Assembly (NCBI GenBank): GCA_004022145.1
Contig: RCNU01000001.1
Length of the DNA stretch: 64,000 nt
Direction: 5' to 3' (one strand)
From: Paecilomyces variotii
Taxonomy: Eukaryota
How positions within the stretch are numbered: position 1 is the first letter of the stretch; each line of letters opens with the position of its first letter. The position numbers and the translations under genes are program-made. The notes beneath the pieces were generated by a model. The model did not search any database. It saw only the letters and a list, made by a program, of their open reading frames with translations, and had not been told where the DNA came from. Shown here piece after piece: positions 23,364-34,039 of the stretch.

Positions 23364-25937
23364 ATGCTACCTGAATTCCTGCAGAGTAGTTACGCCCGCT
23401 ACAAAACAGATACCAATACATTTGCAACATGGCTACTGGAGACAGCCAACAAATGTGGCTATCAACCACCTACCCTCTCGGCCAGCGTTTCTACCGCGAA
23501 GAATGGTAAACGCAAAGGCAAAGGCAACGGCTCCGATGCAGATCCGCTTCATTATAATGCGACTACCAAAGATCTGCAAAAGCTTGCCGAGGTGATTGCC
23601 AGTTCTGGTTTCGCAGTACCCAAGTCAGTTCTCACCATCGCGGAACGCGCCATCAAATTGAGAAAAGCAGTCACCCGCTGGTTCTTGGGCCAGGGCGACT
23701 CCACGAGCAATGAACGTCATGCTCATTTCATCACTGCGCTGGAGCAGATCTGCAAGACTCTTGAATGGAAGACCACCCAGCCCTCGAAGCCAGATGCTAA
23801 GCAGCCACCACCGACTTCTGAGGCTCAAAGTGATGATGCCGATGCTGAGAGGTTTCTCAATAAATTTGCTGTTCTCACAGTGGAGGAGCCCCGGGATACT
23901 GCGCAAACCCCATCGAGACCCGCAGAATCGCAACAGATCGTTAAGGTGACTGTTGATGAAGAGGACGAGAATGAAGCAGCAGATTCATATCTTAGTCAGC
24001 TGTTCTTCAAGACCCTATGTTTACTTCAAGACCTGGACAACATGCGACAATTCATTTCCGTCACCTGGTCGGAGTATCGAGATAAGAAAATCGACCTTAT
24101 GAACGCCGCTGTTGTCACCGACAGTGCTTTGCAGCTTGCCCGAGGTCTTGCAGAGGAGGTGGAGGCTGATTGGCGCACTTCTCGTACGGGGGAAAAGGAC
24201 CATGTGCAGAAAGTTGTCTACAATTACGCTGTTCTTGCCCGCGGCATTTCTGCGGAACCATCCGCTGAGATTGGCCTGCCCTACAACAAGAACATGGCTG
24301 ATGTAGCCAACTGGTGCTATTTGCCAACTAAGGTCCTGCTTGAGTCTTTCGCAGTTGTTCTCCAGGACGATCATCATCCAGTCTTCAAAAAAGGCCACTT
24401 CGGTATCTATGATCCGAAAGCGGACAGAGAGCGGATGTCTCTGGGTGAGAAATTCAACGAAGACAAAATCATCCTTCTTTCGATTCTGCCAGAGTTTTGC
24501 ATGTTCGACACATTCAAAATCCAGATGCCCGCTGAGGACGTGATTACTCGAGGCCTTGCTGAATTTGCTAAAACTAAAACGGTTGATCTGTGGCTTTGCT
24601 TCGCCTCCCAGGTATTCCTTGATGTTCATCATATCATGCGACACAGTACCTTGGGTGCATTTGGAGACCTTCGAATGTCTGGACTTCGCATCCAAAAGAC
24701 TATCGATGACTACCTGCAATTGTCTAGAACACACCCCCAGCCCAAATTTTGGCCAAAAGAGGCCGATGATGAGATTCGGAATATAAAGTCAGCCGTGAAG
24801 GCGTGGGTCATAGAAGATACGTTCCAAGACATTCGAGTCCGGTCGGGACTCGACAGCATTGGCCCCCCGCCTGAAAAGCATGCACTCTTATCGCAGCACG
24901 CGATCCTCTGCGGCTTGATCCTGTTTAACCTCAATATGGGAATGCAGTACGTTGGCCAGAAGCTCGTCACCCAATGGTACGACGTTCAACAACTGGCCTT
25001 CTTGCACAACCTCGTCATCAATACTCCAGGGCACAAAGACCTGAGATGGCCTGATATGGATGCTTTCATCAAGATCCATGGCGAGTCTCATATTTTCGTT
25101 GGTTCGCGGCCAAAGAACGCCAATGAATCACTGAACAGGCTAAAGTTGGCTACAGGCATCTCATCCACTGCCAGGTTCGCCCGCGATTCTCGGAGCAAAG
25201 GAATCCATCGCCCTGATGGCAAGAACGCCCGCTTACTCAAGCCCACCACCGCAGTTGCAAACTTGTTCTTTGCCCGGTACGTCGGCGGTTCTCAGGAAGA
25301 TGCCGGGATTGTACATATTGACAGAATCCTGGACGAGCTTTCGCAGCAGCTTAATTCGGCCAGCAAGGGGCTTCAGAGGGTCAATCCAGAAGTCATGATT
25401 ACCCGAAAGTGGTCTCATACCCGCAACATTGACACACTGCCGCTTCTCAAGTTCCTGAAGACCAAGTTATTCGAAGAGGAGCCTGTCATATTGTACAATT
25501 ACTTCGGCATGCACAAACGCTCCATCGAGTTACTCAGGCTGATCCGAGACAAAGAGCACCATAAGTTTGCCCAATATTTCACGCCGGCGTATATGCCTGA
25601 TGAGTCTTTCATATCAAACATTGTCATTCTCATCCATATGGTTGCGGAGGGCTCGGCCCAAAATGCACGTGACATGGGACTTGCATCTCGCAAACTTGGG
25701 TTAGTGAGTCGGATTGTCACGAGCGCTGGCGAGGTGATGCGGGAATACTTGAAGAAGAATGGAGATGTGGCATGCAAAGAGCTGAGAGTTTTCTGCAAGA
25801 ACAAGAAGCCAATTCAAGACGATGTTGCTTATGATAAGGGCGAATCGGACAAGCTGGTGTATTCTATGCTCAATCTTGAGGACGTTATGGGTCCCAAGGC
25901 TATGGCCTCGCTCATGACTGGGATCCCGATAGCCTAG
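23364..25937 (+). CDS. DUF6604-family protein, intronless, 857 aa
   Basis: N-terminal SYARYKTDTNTFATWLLETA..CGY, AIKLRK..TRWF, SNERHAHFI..LE and NKFAVLTVEE, recalled as typical of fungal DUF6604 proteins. Confidence 0.75.
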   Translation: MLPEFLQSSYARYKTDTNTFATWLLETANKCGYQPPTLSASVSTAKNGKRKGKGNGSDADPLHYNATTKDLQKLAEVIASSGFAVPKSVLTIAERAIKLRKAVTRWFLGQGDSTSNERHAHFITALEQICKTLEWKTTQPSKPDAKQPPPTSEAQSDDADAERFLNKFAVLTVEEPRDTAQTPSRPAESQQIVKVTVDEEDENEAADSYLSQLFFKTLCLLQDLDNMRQFISVTWSEYRDKKIDLMNAAVVTDSALQLARGLAEEVEADWRTSRTGEKDHVQKVVYNYAVLARGISAEPSAEIGLPYNKNMADVANWCYLPTKVLLESFAVVLQDDHHPVFKKGHFGIYDPKADRERMSLGEKFNEDKIILLSILPEFCMFDTFKIQMPAEDVITRGLAEFAKTKTVDLWLCFASQVFLDVHHIMRHSTLGAFGDLRMSGLRIQKTIDDYLQLSRTHPQPKFWPKEADDEIRNIKSAVKAWVIEDTFQDIRVRSGLDSIGPPPEKHALLSQHAILCGLILFNLNMGMQYVGQKLVTQWYDVQQLAFLHNLVINTPGHKDLRWPDMDAFIKIHGESHIFVGSRPKNANESLNRLKLATGISSTARFARDSRSKGIHRPDGKNARLLKPTTAVANLFFARYVGGSQEDAGIVHIDRILDELSQQLNSASKGLQRVNPEVMITRKWSHTRNIDTLPLLKFLKTKLFEEEPVILYNYFGMHKRSIELLRLIRDKEHHKFAQYFTPAYMPDESFISNIVILIHMVAEGSAQNARDMGLASRKLGLVSRIVTSAGEVMREYLKKNGDVACKELRVFCKNKKPIQDDVAYDKGESDKLVYSMLNLEDVMGPKAMASLMTGIPIA

Positions 25938-26678
25938 GCTCATACTAGGCGCGAACTGCACAGGAGGGTTGGGGTCCAGGGGGGAGCATCTGGGACTTTG
26001 TCCGTCTCCTCCTGTTTCTACAGTCTTACCCAGGTAATAGCTCGATATCTTACTTAGGTTGGACGGTTAGACGGGCGGTATGGGTTATTTTCAGGGAGTT
26101 CTGAACTGAATATTTCGGTTTCGGTTTCGGTTCAGGACTTCCCTGAACTGGAACAAATTAAGGAAAGGAGACCAACACTATACATATCTAAGAATGATAA
26201 ACATGACCCGAAGAAGCAGACACCGTCGTAAATATCATGACACGAAATGTAAAGGCCGTCTCTACTCCAGACATAGTGGGAAAGCAACAAGAAAACGCCT
26301 AGACTGACGCGCTTCATTCGGTTAGCGCGGGCGGGTATGAGGCGTCTGGGATCATAGTTGAGGTATATCTCTGTCTGCATGTAATCGATGCTGTTTAACC
26401 CTTTATGGGACGATTTCCTTTTCTGGGGAAAGGATCAGAAGTGTAAGATTCTTTTCTTTTCTTTTTGGAAGCATATCTATCACAAATATATTTCATTAGT
26501 ATGAAGATCTTGACGGTGTCCAGCCATATCTGTCACTTACCCTCATGAATCATGTAGCATATCATATTTCCCCTTTCGTAAGAAATAACCATATATCAGG
26601 AGAGAAACAGGTCGAGCCATACCCCCTCCTCCGACGAGAAGGACGAATAAAACACCCCCCCATCCATTTCTAATCTAC

Positions 26679-27044
26679 CTAGTCAGCCCGTCCACAACCG
26701 CTAACCATGCATTTGAAACCCTTTGGTGAATCAAGCTCGCGAATCGAAGCGTATATGCAATACGGCTCCGTACAGGCGTGAAAGCCCTTATTCACAGGTT
26801 TATTATCCGCAGTAGTAGTCTCGGTTGAATTTGGAGCTCTAGGATCACCAATTGGCCATGCGATGAGGTGACGCCGTTCATAGAGCCCATTGTAAGCTGG
26901 GTCTGATATAGACAGGTCAGACGAGTCAAAATCGGACTGATGAGGACTCAATGGGGGTGATGGCGCCTTCGCGATGTGGCAGACTAGTAGGACGTGGTCA
27001 TTGCGATGACCGCAGCTGTTGGTGACTCTTTGGACTTTGCACAT
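26679..27044 (-). CDS. Small Cys/His-containing hypothetical protein (121 aa)
   Basis: Starts with ATG in an AAAA context; MC-x8-CGH..C motif and C-terminal C..C..CMVSGC cluster suggest metal binding. Confidence 0.55.
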   Translation of the reverse strand: MCKVQRVTNSCGHRNDHVLLVCHIAKAPSPPLSPHQSDFDSSDLSISDPAYNGLYERRHLIAWPIGDPRAPNSTETTTADNKPVNKGFHACTEPYCIYASIRELDSPKGFKCMVSGCGRAD

Positions 27045-28183
27045 TTTTGATGCTCTGGTTTGTGTAAGAGATGGTTCGAGTAGAATGGGAGAACCGATGG
27101 ACGACGACTTTGAGACGAAGTCCTCGATGATGGCAGCCAGTGAGCACGGGAGAAAGAGCCGCCCCTACTCGTATTTGAAAGAGAAGGATCCAGAGTCGTT
27201 GATTCGAGGGAAATGAATCAAGATATCACAGCTCGACCGGCTCGATAAAGCCCATATCATAGCAGAAGGTTCAATGGACCAGATCTCAGCACGCAATGGA
27301 GATGTGATGCCGGTGATCTCTTGTCTTGTCACATGAGGTATTGTATGAGAAATTGCTTAGTCGTCAAGCATAAAATTATCCAAAGTAGGGATATGCTCAT
27401 GCGAGATGATGTCGTTTAGAGATCCGAACATACCCCAAAAAGGAATGCTTGCATGAGGGTGCAGGAGTGTGAATGCGTTCAGGAGCAGAGTCTGGAAGTG
27501 ACTTTCTTTCTGTCCCCATATCTGAATCGTGAATATAAGAGTTGAGGAATATGCAATCGTTAATGTTTGTTATGCATAGGCAGTAACCTTTCATCAGGAC
27601 TCGTGACTGCGGAAGGGGAGTTCCAGATGTTTAGACGTTATATGCAATAGAAGGGTATTACAGACAGAAGACGACTGTAAGAAATGTAAGCTCAAATCTT
27701 TGTAATTGGGTCATGAAATCTGCCAAAACATGACCTGATGGGTAGTGTAATTTAACAATATTTGTCATGAAGCAAACACGCTAGGTAACACACTGTATCA
27801 ATATCGTAACAGTGCGATCATGATAATTGAAATGAAAGTACATGAAGATAGTTACCATGTACAATGAGCTTAGTCATATGAAAAATGCTGTACATAATTC
27901 ATGAGAAATTTATGAGAATCTGCAAGGAGCCAGCGGCCAGAGTATTGTTACATGAAAGAGCTGACCGCCTTAGAACCAAAAGATGCTGAACATAGCGATA
28001 CAATGAGGCCGCCAACATCGAGAAAAATAAGAGTAGCGCACACAGTCATGTAGAAAAAAAGGCATAAAGAGAAGGGGTTTGCCTTCTGATCATGCAAGCG
28101 CTGGAAAGCCACAACAGGTGATTAACAAGGGTATCAAGATCACATGGTTGTGGATTGGTAAAGGAAGATGGCTATCATAAAGT

Positions 28184-28920
28184 TTATTCATCATCAACGA
28201 AGGAGTTTGCGAATCGCCCGAAGAAGGGAACCTCGTAATGCTCGAGAGAATCAACTGTGATCCTTGTCAGCCACTTCTGCTTTTCAATATGTTGCTTCAG
28301 AGGGGCCGTTACCGTCTCGATAAGCGTGCATAGCGAGGAAGCCGATTAGAACAATGTCGCCGATGAACATCAGCCACGATATAAAGCTCGACCAAGCAAA
28401 TATGAGATGGAGTATCTGGATGCGAGTCAGTCATGTGTGTTCGGGCGACCATCGAGGTTGCATACGAAGATAGCGGTAAAGAGCAAGCTTGACTGCCAGG
28501 CATGGAACCTAATTGGAAAATCAGCAATCAGTTCTAAAGGCGTAAACTATCCGTATCGATATCAACATACCGGACATAGTCGCTCTTGTGTTCGAACAGC
28601 AGCAGAAAGACCCCGCCGGCTGGTGGCAGCAGAAGATATGCCAGCATAGCTTCATAGTCTAACCGTATCGGCAAACTGGTCTCAAAGGCATCCAGACTCA
28701 GTCTTCCATTTTCCACCACTCTCTCATATCCTCCATTGATCTGTCCTCCACCGACACCTGCGAATTGACTTGGGGATGGCAGACCGCCTCCGGGATAGTT
28801 CGGGGTCGTCGGTGATGCGCGCGGCGAGCGTAGGTTGGGTGATTTTACTCTGTCAGCGAATGCTGGAGACATAGCTCGCTCGATCTCGGGCGACTCATCC
28901 TGATATGGAGCGAAGTTCAT
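28184..28920 (-). CDS. UPF0132/DUF4870-like small membrane protein, 4 exons
   Basis: MNFAPYQD...FETSLPIRLDYEAMLAYLLLPPAGGVFLLLFEHKSDYVR|FHAWQS...YEVPFFGRFANSFVDDE* with GT..AG introns. Confidence 0.75.
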
Positions 28921-29235
28921 TTTGCCGTTGAGATCCACAGAGGACCTGATGTTTTGGAGTTGACGTTCTTGGACTGCTTGCGCGCTTCTTCCTAGATAGA
29001 GCTCAGGCGGACCGAGGCTTGGCGCGTTGCAGCGATCCAAAACGAAGCTTAAAAGAGGTCAGATCTCGACATCAAACCCGGATGGCTATTTACTTAAACG
29101 AGATGCTCTGGAGCAACAATCTCTATACAGATGGTGTTCCGCAATGTGTGAATATCGACGGTTATCTCTATTCAATACTACGAACTTTTTATTCATGGAC
29201 ACGTCTATCTCATCAATCATCGATGCTCGATACAA

Positions 29236-30045
29236 TCATACTCGTCCCCGGCCCCGTGGCAGACCAGTGCTTCGTGACACCCCTCCAGTGCTGGGCTTTC
29301 GCGTCGCTGTAGTGGTACCTCTTGTTGCCCCTCTAGTCGCGCTAGATCCTACGCCAGCAGAGGAAGTGCTAGCAGTCCGGCCCAGCCCAGTGCGTACTCT
29401 GCCTCTCGTTGTTCCTCGTGTAGTTCTCGTAGTTGAGGTGCCCGCTGCCCTTCTCCTCTCCTCTTCTTCTGCCTTTTTGGCAGCAGCTTCTCTTCGTTGC
29501 TGCAACTCCCGTGCCCTCCTCTCGGCTTCCTGCTGTTTCAAAGCAGCTTCATGTTCCATATCAGCGATATCTTGACTGGCACCTTGCCAGTTGGGATTGA
29601 GGATCAATCGCTGATTATGTTCTGTCTGTGAAAGTATTCGAGTCCACGTGTTTAGCAGGGTGGAAGCAGAATCAACTGTTCGAGAGACAGTCTAGCATAA
29701 TATCAGCGGGTGACTGGTTATCTAGGTCTACACTATGTATAGTTGACATACCGTCATGTTTCCTTTTGCGCGATCAAGGCTCTCCAGTAGACCCTCAATT
29801 ACCTGATTAATGTTGCGAACACTCTGTAGCTCATTGCGCAAGGCAGCTTCCCGTGTCTCTTCGAGGTCGAACAGCGTCTCGCCATTGCGAGGTTGCGCTG
29901 GTTCTGGCGGTACGTCTTGGGCCCTGGGTGCTTTCTGCCTTGGGGTCTTGGCATGTCGTTTGGAGGGAGAGTCCCAGAGATCTTCGGTATCCTCTTCGGA
30001 GAGCTGGAGCTTGTCCATCTCCTCCGCCGCACTCAATGTTGTCAT
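29236..30045 (-). CDS. duo1: DASH/Dam1 kinetochore complex subunit Duo1, 2 exons
   Basis: REAALRNELQSVRNINQVIEGLLESLDRAKGNM|...TWTRILSQTEHNQRLILNPNWQGASQD and an R/T/G-rich tail. Confidence 0.85.
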
Positions 30046-30657
30046 GTTGGGCAGGGAGAGGTGGTCCACGTGGGTGAGAGCAGCACGTGTGCAGGATGAG
30101 AGAAGGTTGGACAGACAGTAAGAGCAGATTGATAGACAGGATAGATAGCAAGTGCTGTGTTCAATTAAAGGAATGCAAGCCTTTATTGTCAAACAATTTG
30201 CGCGATAAAGCTGACAGCGCCCACTATCAGATCTGGGCGTGAAGCGCGTCTCCAGCTGGTGGGGCCAGGCGACTCGCGCACCAAGCGGCTTACAGCCTCC
30301 CGAATTTGCGGAAAGCGGTGGCTGGTCGACGTCAAAGCCCAACAACATTCCACCTCGTTGGCATCTCCCTGGGCGTCTCTCGTCTCTCTTTCATTACTCT
30401 ACTCTCTCTCCTTGCTCAATCCAGTGTTCTCAATACGCTCCGTGAGATTATCCTTGGATATCTATTTTATCTTATCGTTCTTTGGCCGGAAACCCCCGTC
30501 GCACACGGTCCTGCGCGTCGCCCTTGATTGCCCCTTCTTCCTGGTTGGTGCCAGTTGTCAAGCCCAGGACTACTTGCTCTTGCGATTGCCGTCTTCCAAA
30601 GTCCAGGGAGGAGAGTACCATACGAATTGTAAAGGGACGAATAGGGTATTCTACACA

Positions 30658-32078
30658 ATGGCGACGACACCGCCGCCCCCATCGCCGTCGAAGCTTCGCG
30701 TCCCTCCGGCTCCCCGTCATGGCCCAAAATACGATTCATGGGAACCATATGGCACCCGTCATTCTGCTAGAATAGCTAGTCAACGAGCATCGAGAGACAC
30801 CCATACGACACCCCCACCGAGTTCGCCAGAGTTACGTGGTCAGGCGGGTAGAATGGAGGAACACAAACAAAGGGACATGGACGTTGGAACGTTATCACCA
30901 CCTGGATCGACTTTCACATCGCCCCGGAAGAAGACGTCGGGCCGGGGCAAAGGAGTTATTCCGGCATATTCACTTGACAACACTGAGCTCTCCAGCTCAG
31001 ATCTCTTCGGCTCTGCTCAGACTACTCGCGTCAGACAACCCTCGTTTGAAGCATCTCGCACAACAATGACCAACGGCATGCTTCCTACTCCCATGAAAAC
31101 GCCTCGCAAGAAGGCAGTCGAGGACGTGAGTAGTGCTGCACGAACTCTGTTCCCAACTGCCTCTACATCTGCGCGTCCCAAGAAGAGCAAGAAGTACAGT
31201 GGCTTTTCGCTGGAGAGTTTTGAAGAAGAGTCAACTGAGACGCATGGCAAGATTGAGATCTTTACGGATTCACGCGATAGAATCCCGCAGCTGGACGAAA
31301 GTGAAGAGAATCCGTTTTACAAGAAGCCTGCCGCCCCAGCAATCACTGAGACTGCAGCACCCCGCACTTCCAGCCGACGCAAGGCAAATGGAAGCAAACG
31401 TGACAAAGAAGTTGACAATGCTATTGACCGTAAAGATGGGATGACTTATGTCTTGTAAGTTTAGACACTGTCTATATTGTCAAAACATACTAACAGCAAC
31501 AATTTAGCCGTGGAAGGAAGATATTCCGTAAATTCGATGAAGATGTCGACATGGACAGTGGTGACGAGGACGACGATGACGACTTGGGTCTCCTAGCTGC
31601 CCGTCCGGATCTGATTGACGAGTCTTTGACCAGTGTCCGACCTTTGACGCGCTCGTCCATTAAGCCTCGTGTTCTCTTCCCTGCTGCTCAGAAGACTGGA
31701 CCAGACGCAGTGGAGGAAGAGGAAGCGACCGACGTTGAGGATAGCCACATCGCCAATGAGCCTGAGGTGGACGCTGGCAATGAGGAAACCGATGCACAGA
31801 AGGAAGCCGTTACCCCTGCGATTCGCTCATCTGTTACCACACCGGCCTCGCCTGGTGCTACCATCCGGTCTCTCCGGTCGCGTAGCAAGCATATCGCCCA
31901 GGATGCCACTCCCAGTGCTCCGCAATCCAAGAATGAGAAGCGCATCAGCCCCTTCAACGGCTGGATGCGTAAAAAGCAGCCGACTCCCACCGGTCTAGCT
32001 GCTGCGTCCAAGAAGAGAGAGGCGGATCCTGTTGCTGGCATTGGTGGACCTGCCACCAAAAAGACCAAGGGGAAATAA
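30658..32078 (+). CDS. Conserved fungal hypothetical, disordered S/T-P-rich protein, 2 exons (intron ~31455-31507)
   Basis: MLPTPMKTP, IEIFTDSRDRIP, ENPF, DGMTYV|FRGRK, RPLTRSSIKPRVLFP; many S/T-P (CDK-like) sites. Confidence 0.75.
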
Positions 32079-32815
32079 GCATGTTCCTTCCGTGATGCAT
32101 CTCGCCTAACCACTGATCCTTCTGGGTTTAACATACACTCTGGAGCCGGTCTGCGCTTTTCCTTTTTTTTTGCAACGAGAAGATGACTCTCGGTCCTGTT
32201 TCTTTCTGAAAGTATCTAGTTGATTGTCTCTGGATCGCGATCCTTGGGATCCATCCAACACGCATATTGCCATCGATTCCCCATCTTGTTTCACGCTCTG
32301 TTTCTTTTCGGCTTCAACAGATTTCCCACAAAGCTGTTTAATGGGCCCCTCATTACTCCACAACTGGTCTCCTGTTTTCCTTTATGTCACGTTTCTGTCG
32401 GTATGGAAATGGACAGGTACGGTCTGGGTTGGTTGGTCGGTCTAGGGTCGGAGTTTTTGCTCTTTTTTTCCAGTAGTCAGATAGCTCAGAATCCAGAATG
32501 AATGCTCGGGCCAGAAGTACTATGTACGGCCACGGATTGATCAAATAAATATTTCGCTTTGCTTGTGCACTTACCTCCAGATAGCCCATGCCAGAGCCAT
32601 GGTCAAGGCTGCTATGCCTTCGACAAAGAGCGTCAATATACTGTATAATCACAGTAGATTGCAAACCCAGCGGGTTTAGACAGACCGGGATCAAGCACCA
32701 GATTCTAGTGGCCGCTGCCTAGCTGGGATTTGTAGGCATAGTACGACCATGGTTCCAATGGTAATGTCACACAAGCATACCAATTTCGTCACTTAGCCTG
32801 AGCAGGCTTGATTTG

Positions 32816-33364
32816 AGTGACTACATGTCAGCTCACCTCGTCGGTCATGTGATCCTCACCTCGCACGGACCAAAAAAGCGCCAAGCCTTGTAAGCCCACC
32901 TCACCTTGTTATAATAATCCCTCCCAGATAAGGTCACATGACCAGCCACTATGCCGTTCCCGGGGGTTATTCCTGTTAAGTTCCTATTAAGTTCCTGTTA
33001 AGTTCCCGTTAAGTATAGTTAAAGGTCTTACCCGGAGTAACCCTCTTCGCTCCGGGTAAGTATAATAGTTAAAAGGGGGGTTATTTCCGGTAAAGATCTT
33101 ATTGGGAGGGTGTTATAACCCAAGAAGGGTATTTGGGGTTATAAGATATAAGCTTACCGGCCAATATAAGCTGAGGAACTTAAAGCAACCCCCTCCTAGG
33201 TAAGACCTTTAATTATAGTCTCCCCCCGGAGAGGATAACAGTTATAACTAGGGGATAATTAGGGGATAAGGTGGGGTTAGAATTCAACGAGGTAAGGTAG
33301 GCTCTAAAAGGGTCCGTGCGAGGTGAGAATCACATGACCGACGAGGTGAGGTGACCTGTGTCCT
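32816..33364. mobile_element. Non-autonomous TIR element (Mutator-like MITE), ~550 bp
   Basis: Imperfect ~55-100 bp TIRs (gtcagctcacctcgtcggtcatgtgatcctcacctcgcacggacc / its reverse complement at 33311-33354), flanked by the direct repeat gcttgatttga at 32806-32816 and 33365-33375; no ORF. Confidence 0.85.
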
Positions 33365-34039
33365 GCTTGATTTGACTCCATATTCAAGAACCAAGGATAC
33401 ACTAGGCTCTATAGCATACCAAGTACCAAATAAACTACTGCAAATGGCAATATGACAGGCTCATCGTGTCTACCTCTGCGGCCTGTTGTGCCTATGATGG
33501 ATAAAGGATCTACAGTTCCAAGTAATATTCTGCCTGTGGTGTATTCTCTTTGCTGTCACTCTAGTTCAAAAAGCATAGTCACTATTTCTGGGAGCAGATG
33601 TTTGGTTTCGCCGTAGCGGATAGACATATCCAGAATTGGCAGTACTTGCTGCCTAATTGCTTTGTGTCAGTATTACTACATAGACCCTTGGAGGGTTCCC
33701 GCTTCATATGCGTAGGTAAGTTTCAGTCACCTACAGTCTCTTTATTGCCTAGTAGTCATCCAACAAGGCAGTGACTACCAACATGTCGGCAGATTCCTGG
33801 ATGAACAAACCAAGTGAATGCTGATATCAATCTTGGGATACTCAAATACCCTCCAATCACCCTCTCTGTTCTTCCTTCTCTCATCGTTTTTTTTTTTTTT
33901 TTTTTTTTCCATATATCCTTTCCTAGGAATTTCAGTTTGCAGATATATATATATATAACTCAAAATTATAATAGCTTTCTGCCGGTCGACCAAAAAGGAG
34001 AACTCATAGTTGGTCTACCTGAATCTCTAATAATATATA

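Noticed and set aside
32740-32760. tacgaccat resembling the 5S rRNA 5' end
   Set aside because: Similarity does not extend; I recognised no 5S rRNA or tRNA anywhere in the window
33886-33957. Poly-T tract and TA run as a retroelement tail
   Set aside because: No TSD or RT remnant visible; compatible with a promoter poly(dT) tract or microsatellite
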